Assembly: GCA_963720265.1 (NCBI GenBank)
Contig: CAVRET010000002.1
Location: 584,704-648,703 of the forward strand
Length of the DNA stretch: 64,000 bases
Source of the DNA: an uncultured bacterium
GTDB taxonomy: Bacteria; Patescibacteriota; Saccharimonadia; UBA4664
Reading direction: 5' to 3'
The notes under the pieces are model-generated. The model was not told where the DNA came from. It made no database searches and saw nothing but the letters and a program-made list of their open reading frames with translations. Position numbers and translations under genes: made by a program. Positions 28,809 through 38,106 of this stretch are shown one piece after another (positions within the stretch are counted from its first letter, which is position 1; the number at the start of each line of letters is the position of its first letter).

Positions 28809-29585
28809 ATGAAACGCCTCATCGTCGCCAACTGGAAAATGAATCTCGGGCCGGCTGAGGCTAGTCTACTCGTGAAGCGGCTTGAGCAAAAAATCAAGCC
28901 AACATCTGAGGTTGATGTGGTCATCTGCCCGCCGTTTGTCGATCTTGTACCGCTCGCCCGCGACCTCGACCATGACAAGCTCGCCCTCGGCGCACAAACC
29001 ATCCACGACGCCGATTCCGGCCCCTTTACCGGCGAGATTTCTGCCCCCATGTTAGACGGCTTGGCCAACTACGCCATCATCGGCCACTCCGAGCGCCGCG
29101 CCATGGGCGAAACCGACCCCATGATTGCGAAAAAATTGGCTGCCGCGGTTCGCAACCACCTCATCCCTATCCTCTGTGTCGGCGAAAACCTGCATGAGCG
29201 CGGGTCCGGCCTCGCAGCAAAAGTGGTGACCGATCAGCTCACGGCTGACCTCCGTGACCTCACGGCTGAAGATATATCAGGCCTGGTGGTCGCCTATGAA
29301 CCGGTTTGGTCAATCAATCATCACGACGGCAAGCCGGTTAAACACGCGCTGCCTGAAGATATTAAGTTTGCCTACTCCACGATCCGCACCACTCTCGAAG
29401 AACTCTACGGCGAAGCCGGCCCGGCCAACGTGCGTTTACTGTACGGCGGCTCGGTTGATCCTGACCATTGCCGCGCCTACCTCGAAATGCAGTATGTCGA
29501 CGGCCTGCTTGTCGGCACCGACAGTCTTAATTATGAGGACTTTAGCAAAATCGTCGCCACAGCCCAAAAACTGGCGCAATCATAG
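28809..29585 (+). CDS. tpiA: triosephosphate isomerase
   Basis: VANWKMN, GHSERR, AYEPVW, LYGGSV. Confidence 0.93.
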   Translation: MKRLIVANWKMNLGPAEASLLVKRLEQKIKPTSEVDVVICPPFVDLVPLARDLDHDKLALGAQTIHDADSGPFTGEISAPMLDGLANYAIIGHSERRAMGETDPMIAKKLAAAVRNHLIPILCVGENLHERGSGLAAKVVTDQLTADLRDLTAEDISGLVVAYEPVWSINHHDGKPVKHALPEDIKFAYSTIRTTLEELYGEAGPANVRLLYGGSVDPDHCRAYLEMQYVDGLLVGTDSLNYEDFSKIVATAQKLAQS

Positions 29586-29626
29586 GCATTGTGGTACACA
29601 TAAGAGCATAAGGGGAAAAGTCAAAA

Positions 29627-30844
29627 ATGTTCGCAATGGTATCTGGCCTCATGGCGTTGCTCGTGCAGGTTTTTAGTTTGTTTACGCCCATCAGCTTAAG
29701 TGCCCCGACCTCTACCGTGTCCGCCGGTCCGGCCACAGAGGCAGTTTGTCCAGCCGCCGCCAACATGCAGGCAACCTGCTTGTCGTGGGTACGCGCGATG
29801 TCCGGTGATCATTTCCAGGCCGCTGCGAGATCCAACGCACAGCCGGCCGGACTAAGCCCGACTCAGCTCAAAAACGCCTACGGGGTAACTACTTCCGGAA
29901 CTGGCAGCCTGGCCGTGATCACCGCCTATGACAACCCGCGCCTAACGTCAGATCTTGCCACCTATGACCAAACCTTTGGTCTACCTACGTTCCCTAGCTG
30001 CACAGCCAGCCTGCAAACCGGCTGCTTTGCCAAAATGAGCCAAACCGGCAGTACTACCTTCATGCCCACCCCCAATCGCGGCTGGGCACTCGAAGCGGAC
30101 CTAGATGTTGAGCTCGCGCACGCCACCTGCCCGAGCTGCCGCCTGACCATTGTGGAGGCCAACAATGCCTCCATTACCAATCTGCTGGCCGCAGTCGACC
30201 GCGCCGTCACCATTGGGGCTCACGTAGTTTCAATGTCGTGGGGCGCCGGCGAATTCTCCTCCGAAACCTCCTACGACAGTCACTTTACAAACCCCAATGT
30301 CAACTTTGTGGCCGCTGCCGGTGACTCGGGTTACAGTGTCGGCTGGCCGGCCGCCTCAAATCATGTACTGGCCGTTGGTGGCACTCATCTGGTGCTCAAC
30401 TCGAATGGCACCCGCGCCTCTGAAACCGTTTGGAACGACACCGGTTCGGGCTGCAGCGCCTACGAGACCAAGCCGGCCTGGCAAACCGATACTGCTCCCG
30501 GCGACTGTGTCCGCCGCACATCCAACGACATCGCAGCCGACGCTGACCCCAACACTGGTGCAGCTATTTACGCCGGTTACAGCCCATACGGCTCGGGTTG
30601 GCTCGTCATCGGTGGGACTAGTCTGGCGACACCACTCGTTTCGGGCATGATCGCTGACTCCCCGGCCGCCACGCAGTCCGCGCTGCTCACAAGCGTCTAC
30701 GGCGCGCTCGGTAACACTGCGGACCTCTACGATGTCACCGTAGGCCAGGACGGCCACTGCTCGCCGGCCTATCTCTGCACCGCCGGCACCGGTTACGACG
30801 GCCCCACCGGCGTCGGTGCACCCACCGGACTTGGCGCGTTCTAA
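29627..30844 (+). CDS. secreted S53/S8 (sedolisin-like) serine peptidase
   Basis: EADLDVE, SMSWG, AAGDSG, GGTSLATP, GYDGPTGVG. Confidence 0.85.
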   Translation: MFAMVSGLMALLVQVFSLFTPISLSAPTSTVSAGPATEAVCPAAANMQATCLSWVRAMSGDHFQAAARSNAQPAGLSPTQLKNAYGVTTSGTGSLAVITAYDNPRLTSDLATYDQTFGLPTFPSCTASLQTGCFAKMSQTGSTTFMPTPNRGWALEADLDVELAHATCPSCRLTIVEANNASITNLLAAVDRAVTIGAHVVSMSWGAGEFSSETSYDSHFTNPNVNFVAAAGDSGYSVGWPAASNHVLAVGGTHLVLNSNGTRASETVWNDTGSGCSAYETKPAWQTDTAPGDCVRRTSNDIAADADPNTGAAIYAGYSPYGSGWLVIGGTSLATPLVSGMIADSPAATQSALLTSVYGALGNTADLYDVTVGQDGHCSPAYLCTAGTGYDGPTGVGAPTGLGAF

Positions 30845-30927
30845 GCGTCGCTTTGCAAAACTGCTGACTCAGTATAGCCGCGTTGACAGCTTTTTAACCG
30901 TCGCCTGCCAGTCCGATATGGTCTAGA

Positions 30928-31365
30928 ATGGGCAGCATGGACCTGAAACTCACTCCCAAGGAATACCTCAAACTGATTGAACTAGCTTATCTCGGCGAAT
31001 GGATGATTAACGCGCATCACGACCCCGAGGTGCAGGATGACTCAGCCAGCCAGGTGCTGCAGCGCCTCTTGGCTGCCGGACCACCCGCCGAAGCGAGCCG
31101 CGATGAGGAAACAGGGCAGTACTATCTGTCGACCGAGTGGATCGACCGCGTCTACGATACCTACATCCTAGATTACGATGATCATGTCTTTTGGGATGAG
31201 CTGACTGAGCGTTTGGCCGGTCGAGATCTCGCTCGTCAACGTGGAATTGATGTCGAAGAGATTGACCGCGATGAAAACCTATCAGAATTACGTCCACTCG
31301 AAGAAAAATACCGCGACGAACTAGAGACATACGGAATCGAGCGGCTCGGTATCATGGGCTATTAA
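30928..31365 (+). CDS. conserved-looking acidic hypothetical protein
   Basis: 145 aa ORF with ordinary protein-like composition (FWDELTERL...RD; YGIERL). Confidence 0.7.
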   Translation: MGSMDLKLTPKEYLKLIELAYLGEWMINAHHDPEVQDDSASQVLQRLLAAGPPAEASRDEETGQYYLSTEWIDRVYDTYILDYDDHVFWDELTERLAGRDLARQRGIDVEEIDRDENLSELRPLEEKYRDELETYGIERLGIMGY

Positions 31366-31398
31366 GGCGAAACATAACAGTTATGGTATACTACACGC

Positions 31399-32733
31399 AT
31401 GAAGTGCCCTAACTGCGGCAATGAGATGGTACAGTCACGCGCCGGCTGGCTCTGTTTGGCTTGTGGGCACGTTGTAACCGAAAATAAGCCCCTCGTGCCA
31501 ACGGCTACCATCACCAAAGGTAGCGGCAACGCCGACGCAAGCTCGAGGCCGGAAGAGCCTCAGGCATCCCCGCTCTCGCCACCGGCTCCAGTTTCTGAAC
31601 CGTCAAATGAGGAGACTGCAGATACATCGGACGATCAAGCAGATGCTCAGGTCGATGATAATACAGACAACGAGGAAGACACTCAGGCCGCGCCGCCCGA
31701 ACCGCCGGTTACCATGCCTGCGACCACCGATCCTAATTCGCAGGCGGAAGCTGCCGAAGAATCTTCAGCGCCAGCTGATGCAGCCGAATCGCCGGCTACC
31801 GTGGCGGCCGATGCGATGCCTGAAACCGATGCCAAGTCGGAAGCGGAACCAGAGGCAGACTCAGGATCAAAACCAGCAGCGGAACAGCCAATGGAACCGG
31901 AGCCGATAACCGTCAGCGAGCCAAAGCCCGAGTCGGCACCGGAAGATGCGTCAGAGGCCAGCGCTATACCCGAACCTGACGATCAGCCAACATCTCAGCC
32001 AGAACCGGCCGCCGACGATTCCGGATCAGTGAGCGAACCGGTTCCATCGGCCGAGCCGGCAGTTGGGCCGCCAATTGAGGCGGAACCTGCACCTTCCACC
32101 GAGCCGGACTCTGCACCGGTGACCAACCCAGAACCACAACCAGAACCAGCGCCACCGGCGCCGTCGCAGCCGCTCCAACCCCCGGCTGGTCCAGTCGCCT
32201 CAGATAACCAATCCGCACAATCCCCCGACATGCTCAACGCCAAGCCCCCGTTCACACCAGCTACTCATCCGCGTCCGGTGAGCCCTGCGGTGAAGGCCGG
32301 CGCCACTGCGGTAATAGCCGTCGTCGTGCTTGCTACTGGTGTCCTGTACTTCTCGCACTCGTCCAAACTCGCCGCCGATCATACATTGTCTACTGCACCT
32401 GCAGCCTCAGCGCCGACCTCACCATCTGCCATTGCCGAGGCTAGTCGCGACGCGGAGCGCAAGGCCGATGTCGCCGCCCTGCTCAGAGCCTATCAGGCTG
32501 CAGTCACAAACAGCCCTTTCCCGACCGCGCCGCCCTCCGTAAGTGTCAACAGCGTTGATCCTACCACGGGCCAAAATTACGTCATCATCACCACCAAGCC
32601 AACTTCGCTTGGTCAGGTCCAGTATCAGGCAGGAGCAACCTGTGGCTCAACCAGTGTCACCAACGGCTCGCTAGCCTTGTCGACCGAGCTCGAATCCGGC
32701 TCAACCTATTGCGTCGACGCTCAATCTCAATAA
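31399..32733 (+). CDS. Zn-ribbon + acidic Pro-rich spacer + TM + pilin/GspG-like C-terminal domain
   Basis: CPNC...CLACG; long E/P/A/D tract; TM segment; SRDAERKADV...DPTTG...LESG.TYC with two Cys. Confidence 0.7.
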   Translation: MKCPNCGNEMVQSRAGWLCLACGHVVTENKPLVPTATITKGSGNADASSRPEEPQASPLSPPAPVSEPSNEETADTSDDQADAQVDDNTDNEEDTQAAPPEPPVTMPATTDPNSQAEAAEESSAPADAAESPATVAADAMPETDAKSEAEPEADSGSKPAAEQPMEPEPITVSEPKPESAPEDASEASAIPEPDDQPTSQPEPAADDSGSVSEPVPSAEPAVGPPIEAEPAPSTEPDSAPVTNPEPQPEPAPPAPSQPLQPPAGPVASDNQSAQSPDMLNAKPPFTPATHPRPVSPAVKAGATAVIAVVVLATGVLYFSHSSKLAADHTLSTAPAASAPTSPSAIAEASRDAERKADVAALLRAYQAAVTNSPFPTAPPSVSVNSVDPTTGQNYVIITTKPTSLGQVQYQAGATCGSTSVTNGSLALSTELESGSTYCVDAQSQ

Positions 32734-32812
32734 TTGCCGCAGTCAAAGTAACGCTCCATGCGTGTAACGTGACGCAACCGCACGAAATAGCAAATTGCGC
32801 TATCATCAGGAG

Positions 32813-35800
32813 GTGCATCCACTCCTTTCTGAACTCAACGACGAACAACGCCGCGCCGCCGAGACCATAAACGGCCCGGTACTCATTTTGGCCGGCGCGG
32901 GTAGCGGCAAAACCAAAGCTCTCACGCACCGCATCGCCTACCTGGTAGCAGAAAAGCGCGTCCGGCCGTTGAACATTCTGGCCGTCACCTTTACCAACAA
33001 AGCCGCGGCCGAAATGCGCGGCCGTGTTCTGGGTTTGCTCAACCTGCCGCCGGACAGCCGTAGCTATTTCCCATTTATCGGCACGTTCCATTCCATCGCC
33101 CTCAGGCTGTTACGCGCCAACGCTGCCGTAGCCGGCTTGCCGTCCAACTTCCTCGTTTTCGATGCGGCTGATTCGCAGGCCGCGGTCAAACGTGCCCTCC
33201 GCAGCGCTGCCGTTGACGACAAGAAATTCACTCCCAATCTCATTGCAAACCTCATCTCCAGCGCCAAAAATGAACTCATCGGGCCAAAAGCTTATGCCAA
33301 ACTGGCGGCCGGTCAGGCTGGGAGTGTAGCCGCCAAAGTGTATCCCCTCTACCAAGCCATCTTGGCCGAAGCCGGCGCGCTCGATTTCGACGACCTGCTT
33401 TTCCGCACGGTTGAACTCCTGCGTGACAATCCCGAAGTTTTGGCCAAATACCAGCAGCAATTCCAATACATCATGGTCGATGAGTATCAAGACACCAACC
33501 ATGCCCAGTACCAATTCACCAAATTGCTGGCAGCAAGCCATCATAATCTCTGCGTCGTGGGCGACGACTGGCAGTGTCTGCCCCCGACCACGGTAATTGA
33601 AACTGCATCAGGTCCCAAGCGAATCAAAGATGTTGCCAAAGGCGAGCTTGTACGAGCCGCCGCAGGATTCGGCAAGACAGCCATGTTTAAAGTGCGAAAC
33701 ACTCGTGAAACATGGTTCAACGGCGGTTTAATTCAGCTCAAAACAGCCTCCGGACGCGAGCTTACTTGCACACCGGGCCATATTCTTTTTGCGAAATTCG
33801 CGCAAACGGACGCTTACTTCGTATATCTAATGTACGCGCATAAGATTGGATATCGAATCGGCGTTGCCAAGGGAACAAGGTTTGACGGAAAACTCTACGA
33901 TATTGGACTAAGAGTGCGCGCAAATCAGGAACGCGCTGATCATATATGGGTACTCAAAGTATGCGACGACAAGGCCGAGGCCATGTTTACCGAAAGTCTC
34001 CTCGCTTATAACTATGGCATTCCCATGACTGTCTTCCGGGCCTACGCAAACCGGCGCATGAAGTTCGATCAACTGTACATTGACCGGCTGTATCAGGAAA
34101 TCGACACCGAAAAACGGGCCAGGCATCTAATGGCCGATGTCGGGCTAATGTTCGACTACCCCCACTTCTCGCCGCAGGCGACAACGAGAAACGGGCGCAA
34201 GCGGGTGAGCATCAACATTGTGCTTTTTGGTGACCGACGAACAACGGCACAAAGCCCATGGTCTGCAAGTCGAATGTCCGCCAACACTTCTGATACGCAA
34301 GACCTGCAGTGGTTCGAGCAGGTTGGGTATTCGATACGTCCCGGAAGAGCGGATACATACCGCTCGGAAACACAAAATCTAGATTTCGGCAAGATTGAGC
34401 AAACACTGCAATCAATGGGTGTCGAGCATACTGACAATCTAGAAATAAGCCGGTGGGCTTATCTCACCGATCATAGATTTAGTTTCATGCCTGCAGCCCA
34501 AATCCACCGCGAAATGATGGTGGCTCAACTAGATTCCAGCGGCCAGCTAGTTGAGGACAGGGTAACAGCCACAAGCAAAGTGAACTATTCAGGTCCGGTC
34601 TTCGATCTTGACATCGATTATGTGCACAACTATCTAGCAAACGGTATTGCGGTCCACAACTCCATTTATTCCTGGAGGGGCGCAAATTTCCAAACAATCC
34701 TCGATTTTGAAAAAGACTATCCCGAAGCTACCATTATTAAACTTGAACAGAATTATCGCTCCACCAAGCCGATACTAGATGCCGCTCACGCCGTCATAAC
34801 CAAAAATCGCGTCCGCAGTGATAAAAAGCTCTGGACCAATCGCGAAGGGGGAGCGGGCCTGGGCATCGCCAACGTTTACAACGAAATCCAAGAGGCCGAG
34901 TGGGTGGTCCGGCAAATCCGCGACCTGCAAGTGGCCGAAAAGCGTGAGCTCTACGATTTTGCCGTTCTATATCGCACCAATGCACAGTCGCGCTCACTCG
35001 AGGAAGGCTTCTTGCGCGCAGGTGTTCCCTACAAAATCGTCGGTGGCACGCGTTTCTACGAGCGCAAAGAAATCAAAGACGCGCTGGCCTATCTGCGCTT
35101 CATCTACCAGCCCGACGACGCCGTCAGCTTCGGCCGCATCATCAATGTACCGGCCAGGGGTTTAGGTGATGTTACCCTCCAGCGCCTTGAACAGTGGCGC
35201 GCAAACGCAGCCGGCACAGCCCGTCCCACCAACTTACTCGACGCATCCCGAACGGCCGACCAAATCCCCGGCCTCCAAGCCAGGGCCGCCGTAGCACTCA
35301 AGGCCTTCGCCGACCTCATCGACGAACTTCGCACGAAGTCCACCTCGCTCGATCCGGCCGCCCTCCTTGACCTCACCTTAAAGCGCTCTGGCTACCTGGC
35401 CTCGCTCGACGACGGCTCCATCTCAGCCGCCGATCGCATCGAAAACGTCAAAGAGCTCCTGTCTGTCGCCGAAACCTACAACGGCCTCGGTCTCCAAGCC
35501 TTTCTCGAGGAAATCGCCCTCATCTCCGACCTCGACAACTATTCCGAATCCACCAATGCCGTCACACTCATGACCCTCCACGCCGCCAAGGGCCTGGAGT
35601 TTCCCGTCGTCTTCATCGTCGGCATGGAAGAAGGCATTTTCCCGCACTCGCGCGCGCTGTTTGATGCCGAGCAAATGGAGGAGGAGCGCCGATTGTGTTA
35701 CGTCGGCTTCACTCGGGCCAAGGAGCGCCTGTTTCTCGTTTACGCCAACTCGCGCTTGCTCTACGGTGCCACCAACCACAACCCGCCCAGCCGTTTCCTG

Positions 35801-36130
35801 CTCGATATCCCGCCTGAGCTGCAGGCGGCTGGCAGTGAATGGGGCAGCGCCTCCCGTGGCACGGCCGTTACCGGCCACTCGGCGGGCGCCGGCAGTTGGT
35901 CGCTCGGCACGCTCACTACGACCGGCCTACCGGCCACCGAGGCCCAGGCCGCGGCTCATCGCGAAACCATGCTTGGCCTCGATCTTGCCCCCGGCGACCG
36001 CATCCGTCATGCCAAATTCGGCGAGGGCCTGGTATCAGAAGTCGCGGGCGACGAAATTACCGCCACGTTCGAAGGCCTGGGTCAAAAGCGCCTCTCCCTA
36101 GCATTCGCTCCAATTGAGAAAATCAGCTAA
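32813..36130 (+). CDS. pcrA: PcrA/UvrD SF1A helicase containing an intein
   Basis: AGAGSGKT, VDEYQDTN, VGDDWQ|intein|SIYSWRG, LEQNYRS, TLHAAKGLEF, EERRLCYVG, C-terminal Tudor-like domain; GTG start 6 nt after TATCAT. Confidence 0.95.
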   Translation: MHPLLSELNDEQRRAAETINGPVLILAGAGSGKTKALTHRIAYLVAEKRVRPLNILAVTFTNKAAAEMRGRVLGLLNLPPDSRSYFPFIGTFHSIALRLLRANAAVAGLPSNFLVFDAADSQAAVKRALRSAAVDDKKFTPNLIANLISSAKNELIGPKAYAKLAAGQAGSVAAKVYPLYQAILAEAGALDFDDLLFRTVELLRDNPEVLAKYQQQFQYIMVDEYQDTNHAQYQFTKLLAASHHNLCVVGDDWQCLPPTTVIETASGPKRIKDVAKGELVRAAAGFGKTAMFKVRNTRETWFNGGLIQLKTASGRELTCTPGHILFAKFAQTDAYFVYLMYAHKIGYRIGVAKGTRFDGKLYDIGLRVRANQERADHIWVLKVCDDKAEAMFTESLLAYNYGIPMTVFRAYANRRMKFDQLYIDRLYQEIDTEKRARHLMADVGLMFDYPHFSPQATTRNGRKRVSINIVLFGDRRTTAQSPWSASRMSANTSDTQDLQWFEQVGYSIRPGRADTYRSETQNLDFGKIEQTLQSMGVEHTDNLEISRWAYLTDHRFSFMPAAQIHREMMVAQLDSSGQLVEDRVTATSKVNYSGPVFDLDIDYVHNYLANGIAVHNSIYSWRGANFQTILDFEKDYPEATIIKLEQNYRSTKPILDAAHAVITKNRVRSDKKLWTNREGGAGLGIANVYNEIQEAEWVVRQIRDLQVAEKRELYDFAVLYRTNAQSRSLEEGFLRAGVPYKIVGGTRFYERKEIKDALAYLRFIYQPDDAVSFGRIINVPARGLGDVTLQRLEQWRANAAGTARPTNLLDASRTADQIPGLQARAAVALKAFADLIDELRTKSTSLDPAALLDLTLKRSGYLASLDDGSISAADRIENVKELLSVAETYNGLGLQAFLEEIALISDLDNYSESTNAVTLMTLHAAKGLEFPVVFIVGMEEGIFPHSRALFDAEQMEEERRLCYVGFTRAKERLFLVYANSRLLYGATNHNPPSRFLLDIPPELQAAGSEWGSASRGTAVTGHSAGAGSWSLGTLTTTGLPATEAQAAAHRETMLGLDLAPGDRIRHAKFGEGLVSEVAGDEITATFEGLGQKRLSLAFAPIEKIS
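33575..34660 (+). mobile_element. intein (362 aa) in PcrA motif III
   Basis: Starts CLPPTT, block B CTPGH, ends VFDLDI...NYLANGIAVHN followed by Ser+1; removing it restores GDDWQSIYSWRG. Confidence 0.92.
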
Positions 36131-36214
36131 TCATGCCTGACACCCGGTTGACGGCCGAGCTGATCAGTTCCAAAATATGGTCACTTGCCGCCCCATCAAC
36201 CTATAGGAGCATTC

Positions 36215-36817
36215 ATGGAGCAGGGCAAAAGCACCAGCCTCGATCACGATGCTACCGCAACCGCCAGGGACGTCGCTGGGCAGATTGAAAAGCTCAGTTA
36301 TCTAGTTCAGATGCTGCTCACAAGCGCATCTCTCATAGTTACCCGGCTCACTCTGACCCAGCAGCGGCGAGCGTTTGAGCTCGTCTGCCCACTTGTACAG
36401 CAGCTCGTCGAGCTTACCGATCTGAGCATCCTGTGCCAGGGGTTGGCGTTGTCGGCCCACTTGAACCTCGGTGCAGCACCGGAGCCAAAAGTGAGCGAGA
36501 CCGATCGGCTGTGCGAGGGACTGAATAATGTATCGCAACAGCTGCTCATGATCGCACAACAATCCCAAAGCCGGCTGTCTCAAGCCCAGCAACGGCAAGC
36601 CTGCGATGCTGGGCACGATCTTGCTCAGCGGGTCGCGGAACTCTCCGAGCTCAGTCTCACCTGTCGCCAGATTGCACTAGCAAGCCGGCTTGGCAAAGCA
36701 CCGTCACGATCTCGGGGTGCGTCCTCACGAGCCTACGACCGCGCTACCGAACCCCTTGAGGTCAGCAATCCAGACATTGACCGGGTCATCGAGCTGCTGC
36801 ATGCCCGTACGCAGTGA
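36215..36817 (+). CDS. helical orphan with internal duplication
   Basis: RLTLTQQRRA...ELTDLSILC and RLSQAQQRQA...ELSELSLTC repeats; AGGAG SD; TTGACG-17-CAAAAT upstream. Confidence 0.6.
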   Translation: MEQGKSTSLDHDATATARDVAGQIEKLSYLVQMLLTSASLIVTRLTLTQQRRAFELVCPLVQQLVELTDLSILCQGLALSAHLNLGAAPEPKVSETDRLCEGLNNVSQQLLMIAQQSQSRLSQAQQRQACDAGHDLAQRVAELSELSLTCRQIALASRLGKAPSRSRGASSRAYDRATEPLEVSNPDIDRVIELLHARTQ

Positions 36818-36832
36818 CCGGCCGAAGACCAG

Positions 36833-37186
36833 GTGGTTGAGCCGCCACTCAGCGCAACTCAAAGGTTTGTGATCGCGGTCTTGCGGCTTGCCGCAGACCC
36901 TTCCAACCGCATGGTCACGCTCCGAGTCCGGCCGGCCGACCTGATCGGGAACTGCCAGATGGGTCCTGCCATCGATGCCCGGCGGATTGCGCTCTGGGTA
37001 CTGTGGCACGAGACCAATCTCACCAATGACCAACTCTCCAGGTTGATCGGCAAACCGGTCTCCAGGGTCAAGATCTACCTGACATATATTCAAAAACTAG
37101 CTGGTGTCAGCGCTGACCGGTTGCGCCAACTCCAAGCCATCGTCGCTGCCGCCCACGCGAGGTCGGACCAGGCGGAAAGAGAATGA
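36833..37186 (+). CDS. DnaA domain IV/TrpR-like HTH protein
   Basis: DARRIALWVLWHETNLTNDQLSRLIGK resembles DnaA-C ARQIAMYL....LSL..IG. Confidence 0.55.
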   Translation: MVEPPLSATQRFVIAVLRLAADPSNRMVTLRVRPADLIGNCQMGPAIDARRIALWVLWHETNLTNDQLSRLIGKPVSRVKIYLTYIQKLAGVSADRLRQLQAIVAAAHARSDQAERE

Positions 37187-37265
37187 ACGGTCGGCTCCAC
37201 CGCCGCCGGTGGCTCCTCGTTCATAAAGGGGCCACCGGCGTGTGTACAATGCTATAATCACGCCA

Positions 37266-37997
37266 ATGCCGAATCCCGCTCCCACCAAGCCGTTTACCCG
37301 TGTACTGCTCAAGCTCTCCGGCGAGCAATTTGCCGGTCAGGGTGGGTATGGAATAAATTTGGGTCTTGTAGAAAAATTTGCGGCTGAAATCCAAGCCGCC
37401 CGCAACGCTACCGGCGCCCAAATCGTAATCGTGGCCGGTGGCGGCAATATCATGCGCGGCGCTAGCGTCAAAGGCACCGCCATTCAAGAGATCACCGGCC
37501 ATTATATGGGCATGCTGGCCGGAGTTTTAAACGGCATGGCCTTAGTCGATATCATGAACCACTCAGGCGTGCCCACCGTGCTGCAATCGCGCCTCGCCAT
37601 CGGCACCATGATTGAGCCGTTTGTGCGCAGTACCGCCATAAAGCATATAGAAGACGGTAATGTCGTACTCATGGCCGGCGGTTCGGGACTGCCGTTTGTT
37701 ACCCACGACACCGCCGCGGTCACGGCCGCTCTTGAGCTCGGCGCCGAGGTGGTGCTCAAAGGCACCAACGTCGACGGCGTGTATGACCGCGACCCGCATA
37801 AACACCCCGGCGCCAAGCTGCTCGGCCGCACCTCTCATAATCAGGCATTAATCGATCCGAACATTAACGTATTCGACGCCGCCGCCATCTCACTGGCCAT
37901 GGAGAACGCTCTTCCGATCATTGTTTTCGACCTCCTCACCCCTGGCAACATCCGCCGCGTCATCGAGGGTCAAGCCGTCGGCACGCGCGTGGAATAG
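37266..37997 (+). CDS. pyrH: UMP kinase
   Basis: RVLLKLSGE, GGGNIMRG, NVDGVYDRDP. Confidence 0.93.
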   Translation: MPNPAPTKPFTRVLLKLSGEQFAGQGGYGINLGLVEKFAAEIQAARNATGAQIVIVAGGGNIMRGASVKGTAIQEITGHYMGMLAGVLNGMALVDIMNHSGVPTVLQSRLAIGTMIEPFVRSTAIKHIEDGNVVLMAGGSGLPFVTHDTAAVTAALELGAEVVLKGTNVDGVYDRDPHKHPGAKLLGRTSHNQALIDPNINVFDAAAISLAMENALPIIVFDLLTPGNIRRVIEGQAVGTRVE

Positions 37998-38106
37998 GAT
38001 TTTCCACAAACCCGAACCAACCCCGAAATTGACTCGCACCAGATACTCCGCTACCATAAGCAAGATCTCAGTTCCGGTTGCCATATCAATTTAGCCAAAC
38101 CAAAAC

